Assembly (NCBI GenBank): GCA_038230935.1
Contig: JBBRMH010000001.1
Coordinates: forward strand, 2,116 to 66,115
DNA: 64,000 bases
Source: Burkholderiales bacterium
GTDB lineage: Bacteria; Pseudomonadota; Gammaproteobacteria; Burkholderiales; Burkholderiaceae_C
Reading direction: 5' to 3'
Below the pieces are notes generated by a model. That model saw only the letters and a program-made list of their open reading frames with translations. It did not search any database and was not told the origin of the DNA. Position numbers and translations under genes: made by a program. Positions within the stretch are counted from its first letter, which is position 1, and each line of letters begins with the position of its first letter. Of this stretch, positions 57,880 to 64,000 are shown piece by piece.

Positions 57880-59142
57880 TTATCCGCCGCGCCGCATCAT
57901 GTCGAAGAATTCGTGGTTGTTTTTGGTGGCCTTCATGTTTTTGAGCATCAGCTCCATGGACTCGATTTCGTCCATGTTGTACATGAACTGGCGCAAAATA
58001 CGCGACTTTTGCAGAATCTCGGGGGCCAGCAGCAGCTCTTCCTTGCGGGTGCCGCTGCGGTTCAGGTGAATCGCCGGAAACACACGCTTTTCATACAGGC
58101 GGCGGTCCAGGTGAATTTCGCAGTTGCCGGTACCCTTGAATTCTTCAAAAATCACCTCGTCCATGCGACTGCCGGTATCGACCAGCGCGGTGCCGATGAT
58201 GGTCAGGCTGCCGCCTTCTTCAATCTTGCGGGCCGCGCCAAAAAAGCGTTTCGGGCGCTGCAAAGCATTTGCATCGACACCGCCAGTCAATACTTTGCCA
58301 GACGAGGGCAACACGTTGTTGTACGCCCGCGCCAGGCGCGTGATCGAGTCCAGCAAAATCACCACGTCCTTGCCGAGTTCAACCAGGCGCTTGGCACGCT
58401 CTATCACCATTTCAGCGACGTGTACGTGGCGCGCTGCGGGCTCGTCAAATGTCGATGAAATCACCTCGCCACGCACGCTGCGCTGCATTTCGGTGACCTC
58501 TTCCGGGCGCTCATCAACCAGCAGCACCATCATCACCACATCGGGGTAATTGGCCGTGATCGCGTGGGCAATGTGCTGCATCATCACGGTCTTGCCGGAT
58601 TTTGGCGGTGCCACCAGCAGGGCGCGCTGGCCTTTGCCGATGGGCGCGATGATGTCAATGATGCGGCTGGTCAGGTTTTCTTCACCCTTGATGTCACGCT
58701 CTAACTTGAACTGCTCGCGCGGGAACAGCGGCGTCAGGTTCTCGAACATCACCTTGTGCTTGTTGTCTTCGGGCGGGCCGTCATTGATCTTGTCGAGCTT
58801 GTTCAGCGCAAAGTAGCGCTCGCCGTCCTTGGGGGTGCGGACTTCGCCTTCAATCATGTCGCCGGTGTGCAGGTTAAAGCGGCGAATCTGGCTCGGGCTG
58901 ATGTAGATGTCGTCGGTACTGGCGGTGTAGCTGGAGTCCGGCGCACGCAAAAAACCAAAACCGTCAGGCAGCACTTCCAGCACGCCATCGGCGACGATGG
59001 TTTCCCCTGTTTTCGAGCGTTTTTTAATGATCGCAAACATCAGCTCCTGCTTGCGCATGCGGCCAAGGTTTTCAATCTCAAGGGCCTCGGCCTGCTTGAG
59101 GACTTCAGACACATGCAGTGCCTTGAGTTCGTTTAAATGCAT
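57880..59142 (-). CDS. rho: Transcription termination factor Rho
   Basis: 420 aa. MHLNELK..., an RNA-binding domain, and APPKSGKT (Walker A). The sequence is canonical throughout. Confidence 0.97.
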   Translation of the reverse strand: MHLNELKALHVSEVLKQAEALEIENLGRMRKQELMFAIIKKRSKTGETIVADGVLEVLPDGFGFLRAPDSSYTASTDDIYISPSQIRRFNLHTGDMIEGEVRTPKDGERYFALNKLDKINDGPPEDNKHKVMFENLTPLFPREQFKLERDIKGEENLTSRIIDIIAPIGKGQRALLVAPPKSGKTVMMQHIAHAITANYPDVVMMVLLVDERPEEVTEMQRSVRGEVISSTFDEPAARHVHVAEMVIERAKRLVELGKDVVILLDSITRLARAYNNVLPSSGKVLTGGVDANALQRPKRFFGAARKIEEGGSLTIIGTALVDTGSRMDEVIFEEFKGTGNCEIHLDRRLYEKRVFPAIHLNRSGTRKEELLLAPEILQKSRILRQFMYNMDEIESMELMLKNMKATKNNHEFFDMMRRGG

Positions 59143-59484
59143 GGGAATACCTGATTGGAAAGGGAAGTGGGTGCAAGAACGGCGTGAGATGCGTGAAGTG
59201 CGTCAGCTGCAACAAGAAGACGCCTCATGGCGTTTATTTTCAATAAAGCGGGGAATTGGGTTGGGGGGTTGAAAGCCAGAGCGGGCAGGCATTCCAGACC
59301 GGGGTGTTCGGCCAAGCAGGCAATGACCAGCTTGTGAACGATTTTGATTATGACAGGAAAACAGCTGATCAAAAAGCATGTGCCAGCTATGAATCTGAAG
59401 CTGTGGCGCTACAGGGCAGCTGCGTTGGATTTTGCGGTGGCCCCTGGGGTGCAAGCAGAGCCCACACCCCAGGCGCCTTTGACA

Positions 59485-59817
59485 TCAAACCAGTTGCTGG
59501 TCGATGAACGCGGTGAGTTGCGATTTGCTCATGGCACCGACTTTGGTGGCCGCCAGCACGCCGTCCTTGAAAATCATCAGCGTCGGAATGCCGCGAATGC
59601 CGAATTTGGCGGGAATATCGCGGTTTTCATCGACATTCATCTTGGCAATCTGCAGTTTGCCTGCGTAGCTGGTGGCGACTTCGTCAAGAATCGGGGCAAT
59701 CATCTTGCAGGGGCCGCACCATTCGGCCCAGTAGTCCACCAGCACGGGCTGGGTTGACTTGAGCACGTCGGCTTCAAACGTGGCATCGGTGGTATGTTTA
59801 ATCAGTTCGCTGGCCAT
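59485..59817 (-). CDS. trxA: Thioredoxin
   Basis: [18 protein letters not shown] carries the WCGPC active site. Two adjacent ATG codons lie at 59817-59822 on the reverse strand, and either may be the start. Confidence 0.95.
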   Translation of the reverse strand: MASELIKHTTDATFEADVLKSTQPVLVDYWAEWCGPCKMIAPILDEVATSYAGKLQIAKMNVDENRDIPAKFGIRGIPTLMIFKDGVLAATKVGAMSKSQLTAFIDQQLV

Positions 59818-59926
59818 CACGGCTCCTTTGAAGGGGTTGCAAAATTCGACTGGAAAATCTCATGTATTTTGTCAGAAACCAAGCGCTTGGCCGGGGATGT
59901 GTGCCTCTGGCCGCGTTGAATCCACT

Positions 59927-62509
59927 ATGACACCGATAGCCAGGCTGTCTGACAGCCCTGTATTGCAAGCCCTGCCCGTGGGAAATAAGGCCCACATGGC
60001 TGAACAGAACTGGCATGTGGTTATGGGGCAACTGGCCCAGGCCATGGCGGCGCAGGGCGTTCACCCTTCGCGCGTGATGGTGCTGGTGCCGTATGCCCAG
60101 CTGATGCAGCAGGCACGCAGCGCGTGGGCTGCTTTTACGGCCAGCACGGGGGCGCAGGCCGCTTTCACACCGCGTTTTGAAACCACCATGAACTGGGCGG
60201 CCAGCATTGCCATGACCGCTGGCCCTGCGGTTGCTGGCGATGACATCGCCCAGGACATCGCCGTTGACATACTGACTGCTGCCAGCCTCTTGGCGCGGGC
60301 CGGGCTGGCCGCGCAACAGCACACGCTGGCGGGCCGTCTGGTAGAGGCCGCATGGTCGCTCAGCCGCTTCGCCGCAGCGCAAGCGCCCGAGCAGCGCCTG
60401 GCCTGGGGCATGGCGCTGGCCGAGGCACTGGGCGTGGGGCTGGAGTCCCCGGCGCTGGCGCTGGAGCTGGCACTGGCGCGCATTGCTTTGGTGTGGGCGG
60501 CGGCTTCGACGTACCCCACGGACGTGCTGTTTTCAGCGCAGGCCGATCTGCTGGTGGTGCTGGAAGGGTTTCAGTCCGAGCCGCTTGCCAATGCACTGGC
60601 AGCGCAGTTTGACGAGCGTGCGCTGTCGCTTGCGCTGGTGCCAGCCGAATCACCTGATGACGCACCTGCCCCGCCAGCCCTGCACAACGCGGTCGATGCC
60701 GAGGACGAGGCCCAGCGTGCTGCCGCCTGCGTGCTTGCGCACCTGGCAGCGGGCCGTAGCCCGGTTGCTCTGGTGGCACAAGACCGCGTTCTCACACGCC
60801 GCATTCGGGGCATGTTGGCCGAACGCGGCGTGGCCCTGCGGGACGAAACCGGCTGGACGCTGTCCACCACCCGCGCCGCCGCCAGCCTGATGGGCCTGCT
60901 GCGCGCCTTGCCGTGGGACGCGACCACCGATACCGTGCTCGACTGGCTTAAAAACGCCCCCGCCTTTGACGCTTCTGGCGTGACACGGGCCGAGGTGGCA
61001 CTCAGGAAAACCGGGGTGCGTTTTTGGCGCGCGCGGCCCACCACACAGCCAGACATCGCCGCTGTTGCAGCGCAGGCAGAGCCGCTTCGCAGTGAACTGC
61101 AGCGCACCCGCCCGCTGGGGCACTGGCTGCGCGATGTGCGTGCCGCCCTGCAGAAGGCAGGCCAGTGGCCGGGCCTGGTGCGCGACATCGCCGGTACAGC
61201 GCTGCTGGAGGCACTGCACCTGCAGGAAAGCAGCGCGCTGGTGCCGCAGATAGCCATTCCCCTGTCGATGCGCATGAGCCTGCAAGACTTCACCAGCTGG
61301 GTCAACCAGGCGCTGGAGTCCGCCAGCTTCACCCCCGTGCATCCGCCCCAGGCGCAGGTGGTGATTTTGCCGCTCAGCCAACTGCTGGGCCGCCCGATGC
61401 AGGCCGTGGTGATGCCGGGCTGTGATGAGGTCCGGCTGGCCGTGTCGCCCGAGCCACCCGGCCTGTGGACACCCGCGCAGCGCGAGCTGCTGGGTTTGCC
61501 GTCACGCGCTGCGCTGGCTACTGCAGCGCGCACCGCCTGGAACTATCTGCTGTGCATGCCGCACGTTGACCTGCTATGGCGCGTCAGTGAGGGCGGTGAG
61601 CGCCTGATGCCCAGCGGTTTTGTACAAGAGCTCCTGCTGACCCACAAGAGCGCGATGGCACCGGACCCGCGCATACAACGTCAATGCACGGTGCAATCCA
61701 CGCCACGGCCTTTGCCCACGGGCCAGACACTGCCGGTGGCGCGTCTGTCAGCCAGTGCCTACGAGGATTTGCGCCGCTGCCCCTACCGCTTTTTTGCGCT
61801 GCGCCAGCTCAAGTTGCAGGAGGCGGACGAGCTTGAAAGCGAGCTAGGCAAGCGCGACTTTGGCAACTGGCTGCACACGCTGCTGCACCACTTCCATGAA
61901 GCATTAAAAGCGGCTCCCGGGCAGGATTTATCAGCGCGGGTAGCTATGATTAACATAGCAGCCGAGCAGGCCAGTACCGAGCTGGGTCTAAGTGACAGCG
62001 AGTTCCTGCCATTTGCCGCTATCTGGCCACGCGTGCGCAGCGGCTACCTGCAATGGCTGGACAAGCATGAAGCCAGCGGCGCACAGTTTGAAGAAGGCGA
62101 AGTCTGGAAAGACATGCCGCTGGGGACGGTGACGTTGATTGGCAAACTCGACCGCATTGACCAGCTGCCCGACGGCAGCCACCTGGTGATGGACTACAAG
62201 ACCGAAGCCCCGTCCACCACGGCAGGCCGCATCAAAAACGCCCATGAAGACACCCAGCTGGCCTTTTATGCCGCCCTGCTGACTGACGACACCCTGGCCG
62301 CAGCGTATGTGAACCTGGGCGAAAAAGAGGCCACCAAAACTTACGAGCAGACCGAGATTGTCGATCTGCGTGACGCGCTGATCCAGAGCATCCTGAGCGA
62401 CATGGCGCGGATTGCTAAAGGTACGCCACTGCCCGCGCTGGGTGAGGGAAAAGCCTGCGATTTTTGTGCAGCGCGTGGTTTATGCAGAAAGGATTTCTGG
62501 ACTGTATGA
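59927..62509 (+). CDS. addB: AddB-like PD-(D/E)XK nuclease subunit of a proteobacterial AddAB helicase-nuclease
   Basis: About 860 aa. The C-terminal nuclease/Fe-S region is GKLDRID...VMDYKT...GKACDFCAARGLCRK. Its stop overlaps the addA start (ATGA). The start at MTPIARL is tentative. Confidence 0.78.
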   Translation: MTPIARLSDSPVLQALPVGNKAHMAEQNWHVVMGQLAQAMAAQGVHPSRVMVLVPYAQLMQQARSAWAAFTASTGAQAAFTPRFETTMNWAASIAMTAGPAVAGDDIAQDIAVDILTAASLLARAGLAAQQHTLAGRLVEAAWSLSRFAAAQAPEQRLAWGMALAEALGVGLESPALALELALARIALVWAAASTYPTDVLFSAQADLLVVLEGFQSEPLANALAAQFDERALSLALVPAESPDDAPAPPALHNAVDAEDEAQRAAACVLAHLAAGRSPVALVAQDRVLTRRIRGMLAERGVALRDETGWTLSTTRAAASLMGLLRALPWDATTDTVLDWLKNAPAFDASGVTRAEVALRKTGVRFWRARPTTQPDIAAVAAQAEPLRSELQRTRPLGHWLRDVRAALQKAGQWPGLVRDIAGTALLEALHLQESSALVPQIAIPLSMRMSLQDFTSWVNQALESASFTPVHPPQAQVVILPLSQLLGRPMQAVVMPGCDEVRLAVSPEPPGLWTPAQRELLGLPSRAALATAARTAWNYLLCMPHVDLLWRVSEGGERLMPSGFVQELLLTHKSAMAPDPRIQRQCTVQSTPRPLPTGQTLPVARLSASAYEDLRRCPYRFFALRQLKLQEADELESELGKRDFGNWLHTLLHHFHEALKAAPGQDLSARVAMINIAAEQASTELGLSDSEFLPFAAIWPRVRSGYLQWLDKHEASGAQFEEGEVWKDMPLGTVTLIGKLDRIDQLPDGSHLVMDYKTEAPSTTAGRIKNAHEDTQLAFYAALLTDDTLAAAYVNLGEKEATKTYEQTEIVDLRDALIQSILSDMARIAKGTPLPALGEGKACDFCAARGLCRKDFWTV

Positions 62510-64000
62510 CAGCTGCTTACACCCACAACGGCCAGCCGACCTCCGCTGAGGCCTTCTACGCCATCGCCTGCAACCCGCGCCGAAGCGTGGCGGTGGAAGC
62601 TTGCGCAGGCGCCGGTAAAACCTGGATGCTGGTCTCGCGCATGTTGCGGGCGCTGCTTGAAGGCGACGGCCAGGGCGGTGAGGTGCTGCCGCATGAGATT
62701 CTGGCGATCACGTTCACCAAAAAAGCCGCAGGCGAGATGCGTGAACGCCTGTACGAGTGGCTGGCGCAGTTTGCCCATGCCGATGACGAGACCTTGCGAC
62801 GCGAGTTGCTGATGCGCGGTGTGGATGCGCGCCTGCTGGACCGAAATTTTGATAAAAACAGCCCGCAGCCCACGAAAGACATGCGCACTCTGCTATCAAA
62901 TTTATACCGGCGCGTTCTTGCCAATGGCCGTCCGGTGCAGATCAGAACCTTTCACAGCTGGTTTGCCGCCTTGCTGCGCAGCGCGCCGATGGTGACACTG
63001 CAGCAGCTGGGCCTGCCGCTGAACTACGAACTACTGGAAGACGATGGTCCGGCCAAGGCGCTGGTCTGGCGGCGGTTTTATGCCGCGCTGGTCAATGACG
63101 CTGCGCTGAAAGCTGATTTTGAAGTGGTGGTCATGGCGCATGGCCGTTTTCAGGCGGGCAAGGCGCTGGAGGGCGCGCTCGACAAGCGCACCGAGTTTGT
63201 GCTGGCCGACGAGGCCGGCGTGGTCGATGGCTCGGTGCAGCACTTTGGCGTGCAGTTTGCCGAATTTGCGGGATTAAGCCACCCGGATGAGCTGCTCAGT
63301 GCCGACCCGGCAGTCGCCCGCCTGTTCATGGACGCGGCTGGCGCACTAGGCCGGGCAACAGCCCCCACGTTTTCAGCCAAAGGCGCTGAGCTTGAACAAG
63401 CCTTGAGCGCAGGCGACGTTGCCGGTGTGCTGGCCGCCTTGCTGACGGACAAAGGCACCGCCCGCAAGTTTGGCGAAAAAATCATCGGTATTGCCACCGT
63501 GCGCGAAGCGCAAGACGTGGCGCTGCGCCTGCTTGAAGCCCGCGTGCAATGCGATGCCTGGGATTACCAGCAGCGCATGGCCCGACTGGCCAGAGTGCTG
63601 CTGGCCGAGTTCAAGGCCTTGAAACGTGAACGCGGCTGGGTCGATATGAATGACGTGGAGCGCGCCGCGCAAGTCATGCTCGGTGACGAGGTGCTGTCCG
63701 GCTGGGTGCAGGAACGGCTGGACGCGCGCATCCGCCACCTGATGATTGACGAGTTTCAGGACACCAACCCGCTGCAGTGGCAGGCACTGTACGCCTGGCT
63801 CAGTGGCTACGTGGGCGCAGGCAAGGCACCCAGCGTGTTCATTGTGGGTGACCCCAAACAGAGCATTTACCGCTTTCGCCGGGCCGAACCGCAGGTGTTT
63901 ATCGCCGCGCAGGCATTTGTGCGGGACGGCCTGGGCGGTGACCTGCTGGCCTGCGACCACACCCGGCGCAACAGCGAAGCCGTGATCAGCACCGTCAACG
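62506..64000 (+). CDS. addA: AddA-like UvrD/Rep-family helicase-nuclease subunit, N-terminal part (3' end outside window)
   Basis: My own translation from ATG 62506 gives MTAAYTHNGQPTSAEAFYAIACNPRRSVAVEACAGAGKTWMLVSRMLR (Walker A). Further downstream are MIDEFQDTNPLQW and FIVGDPKQSIYRFRRA. The frame is open to the window end. Confidence 0.88.
   Translation, partial: MTAAYTHNGQPTSAEAFYAIACNPRRSVAVEACAGAGKTWMLVSRMLRALLEGDGQGGEVLPHEILAITFTKKAAGEMRERLYEWLAQFAHADDETLRRELLMRGVDARLLDRNFDKNSPQPTKDMRTLLSNLYRRVLANGRPVQIRTFHSWFAALLRSAPMVTLQQLGLPLNYELLEDDGPAKALVWRRFYAALVNDAALKADFEVVVMAHGRFQAGKALEGALDKRTEFVLADEAGVVDGSVQHFGVQFAEFAGLSHPDELLSADPAVARLFMDAAGALGRATAPTFSAKGAELEQALSAGDVAGVLAALLTDKGTARKFGEKIIGIATVREAQDVALRLLEARVQCDAWDYQQRMARLARVLLAEFKALKRERGWVDMNDVERAAQVMLGDEVLSGWVQERLDARIRHLMIDEFQDTNPLQWQALYAWLSGYVGAGKAPSVFIVGDPKQSIYRFRRAEPQVFIAAQAFVRDGLGGDLLACDHTRRNSEAVISTVN

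Overview
This is a 64-kb chromosomal segment from a moderately high-GC betaproteobacterium. The gene order rimP-nusA-infB-rbfA-truB-typA, smpB/ratA-rnfH, guaB..guaA and trxA-rho-rpmE2 looks Burkholderiales/Comamonadaceae-like; that taxonomic call is inference only. About three quarters of the window is ordinary core: a peptide ABC transporter, the nusA/infB operon, typA, smpB, guaBA, tadA, ldcA, a complete phosphate locus (sixA, ppx, pstSCAB-phoU-phoBR), a MATE pump, rpmE2, rho, trxA and addBA. I saw no rRNA, tRNA or CRISPR array. The accessory content is as follows. (1) A visibly AT-richer islet at about 27.3-36.5 kb is built around a divergent tyrosine recombinase / KfrA_N coiled-coil gene pair. 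The two genes are separated by a 120-bp very AT-rich spacer with two inverted repeats, which resembles a Tn4651-type TnpS/TnpT resolution module. On one side lie a minimal class III cyclase fused to FHA and an orphan secreted protein. On the other side lie two paralogous secreted multidomain NodB (polysaccharide deacetylase) proteins, one of which has lost the catalytic and metal-binding residues. (2) A tightly packed ATP-grasp ligase plus OlsB-like N-acyltransferase pair is preceded by a translationally coupled 45-codon ORF. (3) A lipoprotein of the eukaryote-type GDA1/CD39 NTPDase family, AT-richer than its surroundings, lies next to the Pho locus, with a four-heptamer Pho-box-like array in the adjacent spacer. 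(4) A TadA / haloalkane-dehalogenase-like gene fusion is present. (5) Two PIN-type toxin-antitoxin modules are wedged into and behind guaBA. (6) There are two families of structured intergenic repeats. One family forms an inverted pair that brackets a two-gene segment between typA and smpB. Many start codons were moved relative to the raw ORF track, and the reasons are given per feature.
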